Shown here piece by piece: positions 1-10,672 of a stretch of 64,000 nt of DNA. The translations under genes and the position numbers were made by a program. Location of the stretch: NCBI GenBank assembly GCA_001563335.1, contig LRSL01000058.1, positions 12,648-76,647 on the forward strand. The letters run 5' to 3'. This DNA is from Candidatus Thorarchaeota archaeon SMTZ1-45. GTDB lineage: Archaea > Asgardarchaeota > Thorarchaeia > Thorarchaeales > Thorarchaeaceae. The number at the start of each line of letters is the position of its first letter. Position 1 is the first letter of the stretch. The notes below the pieces were generated by a model. It searched no databases. It was given only the letters and a program-made list of their open reading frames with translations, and was not told the DNA's origin.

Positions 1-1
1 T

Positions 2-100
2 GAAGAAACCGAAGCTGACCTCATGATAGAACAAGCCCGAAACTTGTCGAAGGCGGAAATAGAAGCACTTCTTAAAGAGATTGGAGGGATGGAAGAATGA
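2..100 (+). CDS. 3' end of an upstream gene, probable paralog of the giant surface protein (partial)
   Basis: The frame from position 2 reads EETEADLMIEQARNLSKAEIEALLKEIGGMEE*, similar to the C-terminus of 97..7779 (EEIDVIVEEAKSLSKADLDALLSSLG). Its TGA (98-100) overlaps the next ATG (ATGA). Confidence 0.75.
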   Translation, partial: EETEADLMIEQARNLSKAEIEALLKEIGGMEE

Positions 101-3100
101 AATTCAGACAGAAGCTACCAATATTGATGTTTGTCACATTCCTAATGGTCTTTAATACAATAGTAATGATTTCAAATCCACAAACATCATTGAACCCGCT
201 GACGTCAGAATTGCCTTCAAAAACTCAAGATGTAAGATCGACGAATCCCTTGTTTGAACCTCACTCAAGCTATCTAAATTCTGAACAAGGTTGGACCATG
301 TGGTCTGGGGTTTCCTCTGGGCTACCTGCGCAAGAGTTTGGTAATAGAAGCGATGTATTTGTTGATAATCAAATGCGGTATTTCGAAACCAATAGCAGCA
401 CAAGTAACACCTCTATTTCTATACCAATGGAAACAGGCTGGGAAGGTCACGAATTATTTGTAGAAATCACAGATTTGACTGAAAACAGAACATGGGTTCA
501 AGATCCTGACATGGAGAACAGTCCCTCGAGTTGGACATTAAATCAAGTGAGCCTTGGAGGTGGTGCTGCTCCTTCCGCTTCTTGGGTTAATAATGGCCAT
601 GGAGCTGGTGATGATTGTGTTGAATTCGAAATCGCAGAAGGTGGTGACCCCTATTTTGAGGAACGCGCGTGGGCTGAACAGACATTCTCGGTGAATCGTG
701 GTGATGTAGTGTGGGCTGGGTTCAGGCTCGATTATTGGATTGAATCCGACTGGGGCGCTGATGGTTTTGTTGCGATCTTTGTTTCAATAGAAACAAACGA
801 TTATACCCAACGAGTATGGCAGAAGTCCTTTTCTGATGTGGATCAGGAGCAGATCTGGTATGATAGTGGATTGATTGTTCTATCTGACTTATCCATCTTC
901 GATTTGTCTGATGGTGTAACAATCACAGTAGGTCTCTATAGCCAACAAACAGTCAACTACAGTCCTGACCTAAATCCATATGCTCGGGTTGACAATGTAG
1001 AGCTATATCTTCAGACAAAGGCAAATCCAAGTGACCTCAACCTGAAGATGAATGGACTTGATGTAGATGATTATGATATTGGGGGAACTTCTGTGCCAGG
1101 GTTAGGTAACATCACTCAAATCCCGATACCGACTTGGACAACGAGTCCTGTTGACGTGTCCTTTTCTTGGACTCCAATCCCCTCTACACCTAATCCAGAC
1201 CGCGATATTTGGGTTGATTTCAACGTTGAAACCAATCTCTATGCAAGAGGTCCATCGACCACACTTACAACACAAGATCCAAACTCATATGGAGAGATTT
1301 TCGAAGCTGTCAATGCTTCAGTGATTGAGTACTTAACATGGTTCTTCGCTGATATTCCTGATGGCTATGATAATAGATACTACTTCAATATCTCACTGCC
1401 TGAAAATCGCGATGTATCCTATGTTGCATCACCATTACTTACCAATGTGAATATTTCATCATGGGATGAAGGACATGGACCTGAATGGTACGCAAATATT
1501 ACAGCATATCCGTATCCTGATAAATGGGGGTATTGGCTCATCAAAAGTAAAGGCGCAAACATGATCACTGATCTTTTAATGACCAGTCCCACAATTGGTA
1601 CTTCTGCAAGAAGTATTGATCTTAGAGCATCCGATTCAGCATATTTCTCTGTGGATGTCGGTGCTCAATTTGCAGGCGTTGCGGTGAATATCACACTGTT
1701 TTCACCATCCGGAGCCAATTGGTATTCAGAAATAGTTACAGTCAATAGCACAGGTTATGCTAACTCAGTAGAACTAACCTTTGGCACTAATGCCACCGCA
1801 GGAGAATGGCTTGTTCAAGCATTCTGTAATAATAGCATTAGCGGATCAAATTGGAACAAGACCGGATTCTTCCATCGAACATTCAATATTATACATGCTT
1901 CAACATCCACGTTATTGAACCCCGCAGATGCAATTTCAACTTGGATAACTAATGTAACATACCCTGATCTCTTCTTGGTGAGAATACGTATCAATGATTC
2001 CGATATTTCAGGAGTGACTGTTTCTGGTGGACAGATGAGTTATAACTGGACTACTGGAACACAGTATTTTGGAGAGGCTGGGAACGGAGAATATCTAATT
2101 ACACTTGATTCAGGTGATTTACCTCAGAAGGGTCAATATATGCTGAATATAGAATGGACACATCCCCATTTCGACACAATCCAAGAAGAACTTACTATCA
2201 ATCTCAATTTTGATGGGGCTCTTGTTCTTGAAGCTCCAGATTCTCCTGGTTTGTCAATCCCTTCAGGATATAATGGATCTTTCAGAATAGGATTTGAGGA
2301 TTATCTCGGGACACCCATTGACACTGGAAGTGTCGATTGCAACTGGTCCAGCTACTATAGTGTTACACCTGTAACTGGATCGCCTGGTAGTTACCTATTC
2401 TGGCTAAATACAACATTTATGGATATGGGCGAATATGTTGTTGAAGTTACAGGAACTGCGCCATTCATATTGCCTCAGAGATATCTCCTCTATGTTGAGG
2501 TTCGGGAACTATACACAAAGGTAACGTATTTGCAAAATGTTGTGAATATACCCGTTGGAGAATCTCGTTCACTAACATTCACATGGACTGATGCAGACCA
2601 TAACACTCCTCTAACTGGCTTTAATGACTCAATTCTCTGTGATTGGACCGGATCATATAGCATTATTGAAACAACACCAGGAACGTATAGCCTGACCATT
2701 TTCACAACAGATCTAACTCCTCTCGGGACCACTTCTGTAACTATAACTTTCTCAGGTTCAATGATGCAAAATCATACTATTTCCATCCAAGTTATAGTCA
2801 GGTCTCATACCACATTGTTCACCCTTGACGAACCAGTTCCTCAGACATCCTATGGAGTTGATGCCTTCATACTCGTCTACTATCTCGATACTGATCTAGG
2901 TACTGGTATTGACAATAGTTCAGGCTATGTTCACATCTTGGTAACGACTCCTGAAATTCCTATCCTGAGTTACACGGTCACAGATTTGGGATCAGGGCAT
3001 TATAATATAACTGTACCAACTGGACAATGGTCCACAATTGGATGGAAAAGCTTTGCAATCCAGATTAGCTGGACTGGTTCAGTCCAAAAACTACAATCTA

Positions 3101-6100
3101 AATCGTTGAATACATCCTTTAGATTAATTGGTACTCAAACTGATTTGTATCTTGAAACTGCACCGGTTGCCACTTATTATTTGGATAACTTCACTTTCTC
3201 CGCAGTATTTTATGATGTAGTTAATTCTACTTACATATCAAATGCTTCTGGTGCTGTATCAATATCCTACACACCAATTGGAATCAATCCAGTCACAGGT
3301 GATGATTTCTTCCTAGAAATCATCATAGATGGTCCAACTGTGTACTATATGTTCCACCTGAACAGTACCCGTCTTGAAGGGATTGGCATGTTTGAGGTCG
3401 AACTAGGATTTCTATGGAAGAGTGGAGTTCTCCCGCTATATGAGAATCAAACTATCAATGTATTCCTAATGGTACTCGAACGTCCAACTTATGTTGACTA
3501 TACTCAAGTACCTCCAACAGCCTATGGCGAAGATGCAAACCTAGTCTTTTCCTATTTAGATTCTATTCGAACAGAAAGAATTCCTGATTCTCCATCATTA
3601 AGCATTGACATTAATGAAGGTGGCATATCTTGGTCATACTCCTATGATTCAGTTTCTAAAGAATTCACAATTACAATTGACACTTCCTCTCTTGGTGGAA
3701 TAGGTCAGATAACACTTCACCTCAACCTGACCTGGATCGGCACACCCTTCTATGCGGATGTGCCAAATCAACAGTTTATTGTAATTGTGTTATTGAGAAG
3801 CTCTCAATTAACTCATCTGCCATTTACTCCTGGTCAGTGGGGGAACAATGTCACAATCGAGTTTGTCTATACGGATCTCATATCTGGAAGTACGACTGGA
3901 ATGGTTGGCACCCTAACCTTGGATATTGACGAGTCTTACTATTCAGTGACTCCTGGCATTGATGGGCATTATACTGTCATTCTCAATTCTTCAATACTTG
4001 GAGTGCCAGGACTCTATTATATCAATGCAAGTATAGTCTATGGAGGAGCCAATTATGTGAGTGATGCATTCGAGTATTTTGCATTCACTGTCCTCGAAAG
4101 GTCAACACAAATGGGATATGAGAGTCCGGATAATGCACCTTATCTAACGAATCTAACATTTATCGTCACATATAGTGACGATTCTACTGGATCTGGAATT
4201 ACTGGTGCCACAGTACAAGTCACGAGTGATCCACTCACATTAGTACTCGGAGTCGACTATTGGGTTACTGATAATGGTCTTGGTGAATATCTCATTGAAG
4301 TTGACACATCCGCGTTGGGTCCACCAGCAACCTATCAATTGAATGTAACAGTGTCTTATTCTGGAGCACCATATTACCTTACTTCTCAGAGAACATTATC
4401 AGCAATGGTTGTTGAGCGTCCAACTCAAATTCGAATCATTAAAACTCCAGGCAACACACCGTTTCTTGAGAATGTTACATTCAGTTTTGTCTTTGAAGAT
4501 TTCCTAGACAAGTCTTTCATTACCATAGACAAGAGTCACATTACTTTGAGTCACGGAGTTTTACATACTCTGATAACCTCAAGCGAATATAGTCTGGTGA
4601 ATCTTGGATCACACTATAGAATTAGCTTCAACTCAACAGTATTAGACCCACTTGGTCTCGTATCGAGTCATAGCATACAGCTCTCAATCGATTGGACTTC
4701 TGGATCACCATATTACGCAGATAGGAATACATCAACTCAAGCGACAACGACATATCGTCCAACAGTCATTTTGTTCCCACTGGTTGAGGAAACTCCTTAC
4801 TTCGATAACATTACGATAAATCTGGAATTCAAGGACTATCTTACAGGGATTGGTATAGATGGTGCTTCAGTGGTATTATCAACTTACAATTGGTCTGGTC
4901 CAGCATATCATCTCATTAGATTTGGTAATGGCGTCTATCAACTCGTTGTGAATACCACTGTATTTGGTTCAACCGGAACAGTCTATTTCAACGTTTCATT
5001 CACATGGAGTGGAGTTCCATTCTACTCAAATCGAGAGGCCATAAATGTCAGAGCACAGATAAGATCAGTTCAGACATCGTTAATAGCTGAAGCACCCCCA
5101 GCTGGTTCTACAGCTATCGGTGTTCCAATCGTGGTCACTTTGACACTTCTTGATTTTGATCATGATACTTATCTTGAAGGAGCAACAATAGATTGCGACT
5201 GGACAGATATAACCGGGAATTCATTTGGATGGGTTGAGGAAAGTGGTGGGACTTACTCAATCACTCTGGAAACTCTTGGTCTCGTTGCTCAACAATATGT
5301 CTTCATAGTTACTGCATCAAAAGCATTCTATCAGACTGCTCAAGCTCAAGTCACTGTCCAACCAGGAGCACAGTTGGTTGAGATTGTACTCACACGAACA
5401 ACCTATTATGCTGATTGGGGTGAAATTCTAAATATCAGCTTCTGGATCCAAGAACCATTTTACATGACATATGTCGAAGGTTTCAATGCAAGTCTTCTGT
5501 GGGATGGTGAACTCTATTACTTCATTGATGTAGGTACAGGCTTTTATTATCTGATGCTTGATACAGCAGATTCAGATTTTGGTATTTACAGTCCACAAAT
5601 CACAGTATCAAGAGAATTCTATCAAACTAGACAGAAATCCTTCACGTTAGTTGTATCGAAAGCTCCTGGTCAGATAATACCCTTTCAATCCACATACAGT
5701 GCTGTCATTGACACCATTATCAGCTTCCAAGTCTATCTGAATAATACAATCACTAATGCTCCAGTTGTAGGTGCCAGTGTCTCTCTTGAATGGAATGGAA
5801 CAGTTTCTCCAATGACTCCAACCGGGGTTCCAGGATGGTACACAGGATCGGCAAATGTCACTGGATTTGCTATTGGGCATTATCCAGTCACTATTAGAGC
5901 TGTTACAACTAATCTGCAATTCATAGAAACTGATATTGACATTAACGTGATTCCAATCCCTACAACTCTTGCGCTAGCTGATGGTACAACAATCCGGTAT
6001 GTATTCTTTGGTGATACATTATCACTTTTAGCTGTCTATAACGACACATACCATGATGCTCTAGTTGTTGGGGCAACAGTATCGTACACACTTGGAAGTC

Positions 6101-7779
6101 TAAGTGGATTCTTTACTGATGAATTAAATGGAACATATAGTATCACAATTGATGTTAGCTCACTTGGTTCACAATCCATCTACCTGCGAATGGTGGCTAA
6201 CAAGGCGGGATACGCAACTGCTATCAAATCTATAGTCGTGACTATCCTGCCAATTCCAACACAGGCATATGCAACACCACTTCTACAAAGTGGGTACTTG
6301 GGAGATACACTTTCCTACCTATTCTATTATAATGATACTCAACACAACTCGCTAATCGTTGGAGCAAATGTACTAGCTAGCTGGGAAGGTGGTGATGCAT
6401 TAGTCACTTCTCATCCCAATGGATCATATGAGGTAGTCGTACAAATCAATGTAGAGAATCCTGGACTATATGATCTAGTTGTCCGATTTGACCTCACGAA
6501 TTACACCTCCCGAACTGTCATTGCTAAAATTGAAATATATGCAACTCCTGCTGAGATTAGAGGACCAATATTCTATTCAGCACCAATTAATGAGCCGACT
6601 AGCATTATTTACAATGTCATAAGTCTGATTGACAATTCATCAATTACTGATATCATTGGAATCGCATACTCCACTCAGCTGGCGGATATTGAGCTTGAAC
6701 TCTTAGCAAATGGATCGTATTCATTGAATTTGGCTGGAGACCTTCCATATGGAACATATAGCTTTGATATAGCATTTGAAACTATAAAATACTCCATCGC
6801 TCCAATATATCTTGAAGTAACAATAAGACAAATACGGACCTCTTTGATTTCCGATTCCGATGAAATTTTCACATCTCCAGGTAGAACTTTCAATATTACA
6901 TTGACATACTATGATCTTGACCACTTGGTTGGAATATCCGGGGCTGACATCTTTGTGGATTATAGCCATACCAATATCACATATCTCAACAGTTCAACGA
7001 TAGAAACAGATGGCACCTACAGGCTGTTCTTTAGAGTAGAAGGAAGCAGAACTTTCACTATCACAATCATGTTCCAGAAAGAGGACTATGAATCACGACA
7101 ATTGGTTGTAACAATAAAGTCCGACATATCTCCTCAACAACAATTCGAGCAACTATTGACAGTAGGTGGTGGATCAGCTCTAATTCTAGTTGCACTACTC
7201 ATTGTTCTATATGTCCGAGTGTGGAGCGTTCCCAAGCAAGTCAGAGAATTGAATAGGATGATTCGAGCTTTGGCAAAAGGTCGAGTTCCAAGACCTGCTC
7301 GTGCTCCTGGCAGACAAGACATGGCTATGGAAATTGTGAATGAAGAAATAGACTCATTAAGGCTCTACAAAGATTCTGATGAGGTTGCGGAATATCCAAT
7401 TATAACAACAGTACCTGAAGTCAATGAACTCCTTGAAGAATTGGCTGCCATTACAGGGCTCGGTGCTGCTGAGATTGATGCTTTCAGAGCAGATCTTGCC
7501 AGAATGAGAGCCAGTGAGCGTCCAGGCTTTCTCAAAGAGGTCATTGACCAAGAAAAAGCTCGTCGTGCTGATGTGTTAGCCAAACCTCCAGAAGAAGAGC
7601 CTGCTCCAGAAGAGGTTCCTCTTGAACAGAGACCTGAAGAGTTAGATGATTTGCGCCAGAAACTCCTAAAGAAAGGTATGGCTGCTGAAGAAATCGATGT
7701 CATAGTTGAAGAGGCGAAGAGTCTTTCAAAGGCGGATCTTGACGCCCTTCTAAGTAGTCTGGGTATAGACTTAGATTAG
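97..7779 (+). CDS. Giant membrane-anchored surface protein with ~15+ Ig-like beta repeats and a cytoplasmic helical tail
   Basis: N-terminal hydrophobic signal; repeated ~100-aa beta-rich units with a GxGxYxIxxxT motif; many NxS/T sequons; one TM helix (GGGSALILVALLIVLYVRVW) followed by a charged ~185-aa tail. Confidence 0.85.
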   Translation: MKFRQKLPILMFVTFLMVFNTIVMISNPQTSLNPLTSELPSKTQDVRSTNPLFEPHSSYLNSEQGWTMWSGVSSGLPAQEFGNRSDVFVDNQMRYFETNSSTSNTSISIPMETGWEGHELFVEITDLTENRTWVQDPDMENSPSSWTLNQVSLGGGAAPSASWVNNGHGAGDDCVEFEIAEGGDPYFEERAWAEQTFSVNRGDVVWAGFRLDYWIESDWGADGFVAIFVSIETNDYTQRVWQKSFSDVDQEQIWYDSGLIVLSDLSIFDLSDGVTITVGLYSQQTVNYSPDLNPYARVDNVELYLQTKANPSDLNLKMNGLDVDDYDIGGTSVPGLGNITQIPIPTWTTSPVDVSFSWTPIPSTPNPDRDIWVDFNVETNLYARGPSTTLTTQDPNSYGEIFEAVNASVIEYLTWFFADIPDGYDNRYYFNISLPENRDVSYVASPLLTNVNISSWDEGHGPEWYANITAYPYPDKWGYWLIKSKGANMITDLLMTSPTIGTSARSIDLRASDSAYFSVDVGAQFAGVAVNITLFSPSGANWYSEIVTVNSTGYANSVELTFGTNATAGEWLVQAFCNNSISGSNWNKTGFFHRTFNIIHASTSTLLNPADAISTWITNVTYPDLFLVRIRINDSDISGVTVSGGQMSYNWTTGTQYFGEAGNGEYLITLDSGDLPQKGQYMLNIEWTHPHFDTIQEELTINLNFDGALVLEAPDSPGLSIPSGYNGSFRIGFEDYLGTPIDTGSVDCNWSSYYSVTPVTGSPGSYLFWLNTTFMDMGEYVVEVTGTAPFILPQRYLLYVEVRELYTKVTYLQNVVNIPVGESRSLTFTWTDADHNTPLTGFNDSILCDWTGSYSIIETTPGTYSLTIFTTDLTPLGTTSVTITFSGSMMQNHTISIQVIVRSHTTLFTLDEPVPQTSYGVDAFILVYYLDTDLGTGIDNSSGYVHILVTTPEIPILSYTVTDLGSGHYNITVPTGQWSTIGWKSFAIQISWTGSVQKLQSKSLNTSFRLIGTQTDLYLETAPVATYYLDNFTFSAVFYDVVNSTYISNASGAVSISYTPIGINPVTGDDFFLEIIIDGPTVYYMFHLNSTRLEGIGMFEVELGFLWKSGVLPLYENQTINVFLMVLERPTYVDYTQVPPTAYGEDANLVFSYLDSIRTERIPDSPSLSIDINEGGISWSYSYDSVSKEFTITIDTSSLGGIGQITLHLNLTWIGTPFYADVPNQQFIVIVLLRSSQLTHLPFTPGQWGNNVTIEFVYTDLISGSTTGMVGTLTLDIDESYYSVTPGIDGHYTVILNSSILGVPGLYYINASIVYGGANYVSDAFEYFAFTVLERSTQMGYESPDNAPYLTNLTFIVTYSDDSTGSGITGATVQVTSDPLTLVLGVDYWVTDNGLGEYLIEVDTSALGPPATYQLNVTVSYSGAPYYLTSQRTLSAMVVERPTQIRIIKTPGNTPFLENVTFSFVFEDFLDKSFITIDKSHITLSHGVLHTLITSSEYSLVNLGSHYRISFNSTVLDPLGLVSSHSIQLSIDWTSGSPYYADRNTSTQATTTYRPTVILFPLVEETPYFDNITINLEFKDYLTGIGIDGASVVLSTYNWSGPAYHLIRFGNGVYQLVVNTTVFGSTGTVYFNVSFTWSGVPFYSNREAINVRAQIRSVQTSLIAEAPPAGSTAIGVPIVVTLTLLDFDHDTYLEGATIDCDWTDITGNSFGWVEESGGTYSITLETLGLVAQQYVFIVTASKAFYQTAQAQVTVQPGAQLVEIVLTRTTYYADWGEILNISFWIQEPFYMTYVEGFNASLLWDGELYYFIDVGTGFYYLMLDTADSDFGIYSPQITVSREFYQTRQKSFTLVVSKAPGQIIPFQSTYSAVIDTIISFQVYLNNTITNAPVVGASVSLEWNGTVSPMTPTGVPGWYTGSANVTGFAIGHYPVTIRAVTTNLQFIETDIDINVIPIPTTLALADGTTIRYVFFGDTLSLLAVYNDTYHDALVVGATVSYTLGSLSGFFTDELNGTYSITIDVSSLGSQSIYLRMVANKAGYATAIKSIVVTILPIPTQAYATPLLQSGYLGDTLSYLFYYNDTQHNSLIVGANVLASWEGGDALVTSHPNGSYEVVVQINVENPGLYDLVVRFDLTNYTSRTVIAKIEIYATPAEIRGPIFYSAPINEPTSIIYNVISLIDNSSITDIIGIAYSTQLADIELELLANGSYSLNLAGDLPYGTYSFDIAFETIKYSIAPIYLEVTIRQIRTSLISDSDEIFTSPGRTFNITLTYYDLDHLVGISGADIFVDYSHTNITYLNSSTIETDGTYRLFFRVEGSRTFTITIMFQKEDYESRQLVVTIKSDISPQQQFEQLLTVGGGSALILVALLIVLYVRVWSVPKQVRELNRMIRALAKGRVPRPARAPGRQDMAMEIVNEEIDSLRLYKDSDEVAEYPIITTVPEVNELLEELAAITGLGAAEIDAFRADLARMRASERPGFLKEVIDQEKARRADVLAKPPEEEPAPEEVPLEQRPEELDDLRQKLLKKGMAAEEIDVIVEEAKSLSKADLDALLSSLGIDLD

Positions 7780-7792
7780 CATTAACACGAAG

Positions 7793-7818
7793 AACCAGCT
7801 GGACGATACCAGCTGGTT
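7793..7818 (+). terminator. Perfect 10-bp inverted repeat after the giant gene, possible terminator or processing hairpin
   Basis: AACCAGCTGG-acgata-CCAGCTGGTT, 13 nt after the stop codon. Confidence 0.45.
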
Positions 7819-7879
7819 TCATATCATTTTAAGTCATCTTAGAGAACAGTTAAGTGATAATGATGTCTTTCGCGATTCT

Positions 7880-8968
7880 ATGGACATCGATGAAAGAATC
7901 AGATTAATCACTGGTGTTGGAGAAGAGATAGTCACAAAACCAGAGTTAAAAACACTCTTAGAAGAAAAACCCAATCCCATAGCATATGATGGTTTTGAGC
8001 CTTCAGGATTAGCTCACCTGCCTTTCGGAGTGTTTCGGCCACTACTTTTGAAGGATTTACTAAAGGCTGGAGTCAGATTCAAGATTTGGCTTGCAGATTG
8101 GTTTGCGTGGATCAACAATAAGATGGGGGGCGACCTTGAAAAGATTAAGGCAACAGGGAAGTACTTCATTGAAGTGTGGAAAGCAGCCGGAGTTCCAAGT
8201 GATAAGGTAGAGTATCTCTTCGCATCTGATGCTATGGACTCCATTGAATACTGGTCACGAGTTGTAAGGATTGCTAAGGTCACAACTGTTGCTAGAGCCA
8301 CACGTGCGTTGACAATCATGGGAAGAAAAGAGGGCGAGATGTCAGAGGTTGCTCAATACTTCTACCCAGTAATGCAAGTGTCTGATATTTTTCATCTAGA
8401 GGCTGACATAACACAACTTGGGATGGATCAAAGAAGAGCAAATATGCTCGCGCGAGAGGTCGGACCTAAGCTAGGTCTATGGAAACCAGTTGTTGTTAGT
8501 CACCATATGTTGATCAATCTTGAGGGATCAATTGAGCCTGAGGGTCTCGATGATATAGGACGAGACTTGCATATGATTGAAACCAAGATGAGTAAAAGTA
8601 AGCCATCTTCGAGCATTTTCATTCATGACTCTGAAGATGAGATTCGAACTAAGATTATGCGAGCATATTGTCCTCCGAAAGAGGTCAAAGGTAATCCACT
8701 GATTGATTATGCTAAACACTTGATCTTTAGGTCTTTTGACACTATGAAAGTGGAAAGAAAACCTAAGTTTGGAGGAGATTTAGAGTTTCGAAATTATAAG
8801 GAGCTTGAGAAGAGCTATATATCCGGAGACCTTCATCCATTAGACCTAAAGAACGCTATGATATTATATATTGACAAGATGGTGAAACCGCTTAGAGACC
8901 ACTTTGAGAAAAAGAAGAGCGCAAGGGAAATGCTTGAGCTTGTTAGGAGTTACCAAGTAACTCGGTAG
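7880..8968 (+). CDS. tyrS: Tyrosine--tRNA ligase (archaeal/eukaryotic type)
   Basis: AYDGFEPSG..H (HIGH-like), YPVMQVSD, GMDQRRA and KMSKS motifs. Confidence 0.95.
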   Translation: MDIDERIRLITGVGEEIVTKPELKTLLEEKPNPIAYDGFEPSGLAHLPFGVFRPLLLKDLLKAGVRFKIWLADWFAWINNKMGGDLEKIKATGKYFIEVWKAAGVPSDKVEYLFASDAMDSIEYWSRVVRIAKVTTVARATRALTIMGRKEGEMSEVAQYFYPVMQVSDIFHLEADITQLGMDQRRANMLAREVGPKLGLWKPVVVSHHMLINLEGSIEPEGLDDIGRDLHMIETKMSKSKPSSSIFIHDSEDEIRTKIMRAYCPPKEVKGNPLIDYAKHLIFRSFDTMKVERKPKFGGDLEFRNYKELEKSYISGDLHPLDLKNAMILYIDKMVKPLRDHFEKKKSAREMLELVRSYQVTR

Positions 8969-9998
8969 CCACTCGACGCTTTCGTGTGCTTCGAGTAACG
9001 AATCCCAAAGCAACAAAACCAACAATCACACTAAACCATAGCGTGACTACACGAATCAGAATTGTAGCTGCACTAGCACGTGCAACTGGGATACCAAGTA
9101 GAAATGTTATCAGTGCCACTGATGTGATTTCGTAGGTTCCGATACCTCCAGGGAGGAAGGAAACAGCTCCAATGATTGAAGCTGTTGCATGAACGAATGT
9201 TGCTTGAAGTAGAAGAACAAGCGAGGTTGGCAGAAGAGATGGCAAAATCGCACCTGAGAGTAGACTAAGAAGTAACCAGAGCTCTAAACATTCCATGAAC
9301 CAACCTGGCACACTAATTGCTGTACTTAAGACCAGAGGTTTTGGACCAAGTGTCTGAGTCATTGTATTTTCAATATCATCAAAGCTTTCTTGAAATCGCT
9401 TTAGTGGTCCTATAGATGTGAATCTTCTGAGTATCTTCTGATAGAAAGTTTTCTGACTCAATACAATTGCTGCAACAAGAACAACTCCACCTAGCATTAC
9501 TACAGTTAAAAGTTGGTCTCCAGTGTTTACTCCGATTCCAAATCCAATCATAGCTAGAAGAACTAAAGCTAAAAGATCAGTGACACGTTCTGAAACTACA
9601 ACTGGTACAGTCTTCGCAATTGGAGTTCCATTAATATCTCGGATGAAGTATCCTTTGATTGCTTCCCCAATCTTTCCAGGGGTTGTGGTAAGAGTGAATC
9701 CTGCAAGAAAGACACTGAAACTATCTTTATTCGTGAGGTGGACATCAATCCGTTTTAGATAGTACTGCCACTTTAGATATCTAATGATATAGTTTAGGAA
9801 TGACAAAAACATCATTGCGGGTAAGACCCACCACCACTCGATGGACGCTAGTGCCAAAGTGACATCATCCAATTGACCATAGAGTCCCACTGCTGCAAAA
9901 ACGACAACACTGAAGATTACAAATGCTATAACCTTCTGAGTACTTATCATGGATTGCTCCATAGAGTTAGATTGTACATCACCAGCTGTCATATGCAA
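8943..9998 (-). CDS. UPF0104 / lysylphosphatidylglycerol synthase TM-domain (flippase-like) membrane protein
   Basis: Multi-TM protein with R..KW, TPGKIGE, ERVTD and PGGIGTYE motifs typical of this family. The true start may be slightly downstream. Confidence 0.8.
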   Translation of the reverse strand: MHMTAGDVQSNSMEQSMISTQKVIAFVIFSVVVFAAVGLYGQLDDVTLALASIEWWWVLPAMMFLSFLNYIIRYLKWQYYLKRIDVHLTNKDSFSVFLAGFTLTTTPGKIGEAIKGYFIRDINGTPIAKTVPVVVSERVTDLLALVLLAMIGFGIGVNTGDQLLTVVMLGGVVLVAAIVLSQKTFYQKILRRFTSIGPLKRFQESFDDIENTMTQTLGPKPLVLSTAISVPGWFMECLELWLLLSLLSGAILPSLLPTSLVLLLQATFVHATASIIGAVSFLPGGIGTYEITSVALITFLLGIPVARASAATILIRVVTLWFSVIVGFVALGFVTRSTRKRRVATELLGNS

Positions 9999-10668
9999 CC
10001 TTCCTTATTCTTTGCCATAGCATTGTTGGAACATGTAACAAGAAAATGGATGGGTGCCCGGTAATCTGGGTTCGCCCTCGTTTCAGTTCTTCATAGATGT
10101 CATCCGCAGTTTCAATATCCTGTAACCATGTTTTTGCATTACCGATTTCCCAATAGGTATGCCCGTCACTTCCAGCTGTCATAGGTTTATTCAGTCGTTT
10201 AGCAAGTTTTTGTGCTCTCTTATTGAACAAATTAATTATGCATCTTGAGTTGATCCCCTCTATCAGATCGACATGTTTCTGAATTATAGCATCTGGGAGA
10301 CCTTGTCTCTCAGCTGTGTATCTTCGAAGAGGGTCTCGTGGATGTGGCAGTACGACTAGTCCATTGCAATCGTGGATATCTTCAGAGGTTTCTTCGAAAG
10401 ACCTGTTCTCAATATGCTCTGAAACAAAGAGTCCTATCACTTCGCCAAAATCTGTGGTCTTGTATTCACATGCTGGTATAATAAATCTACCATCTCGTTC
10501 AATAACCTTAAGCGTCGCTGCTCTCCAGTGTTCAGTCGGTGCAACTCCTCTTAGTCCCTTTTTCTTCATGAGTCTAAACAGTGTGTACGGACTTTGCATT
10601 CCATCCTTCGAGTGGATCGTATGCATATGTAAGTCGAAGGCGGAAAGTCTGTCACTCAATGGATTCAC
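9979..10668 (-). CDS. PHP-domain metal-dependent phosphoesterase
   Basis: DLHMHT..S.DG, PTEH, HP and GSDGH motifs. Confidence 0.85.
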   Translation of the reverse strand: MNPLSDRLSAFDLHMHTIHSKDGMQSPYTLFRLMKKKGLRGVAPTEHWRAATLKVIERDGRFIIPACEYKTTDFGEVIGLFVSEHIENRSFEETSEDIHDCNGLVVLPHPRDPLRRYTAERQGLPDAIIQKHVDLIEGINSRCIINLFNKRAQKLAKRLNKPMTAGSDGHTYWEIGNAKTWLQDIETADDIYEELKRGRTQITGHPSIFLLHVPTMLWQRIRKVAYDSW

Positions 10669-10672
10669 CCTA

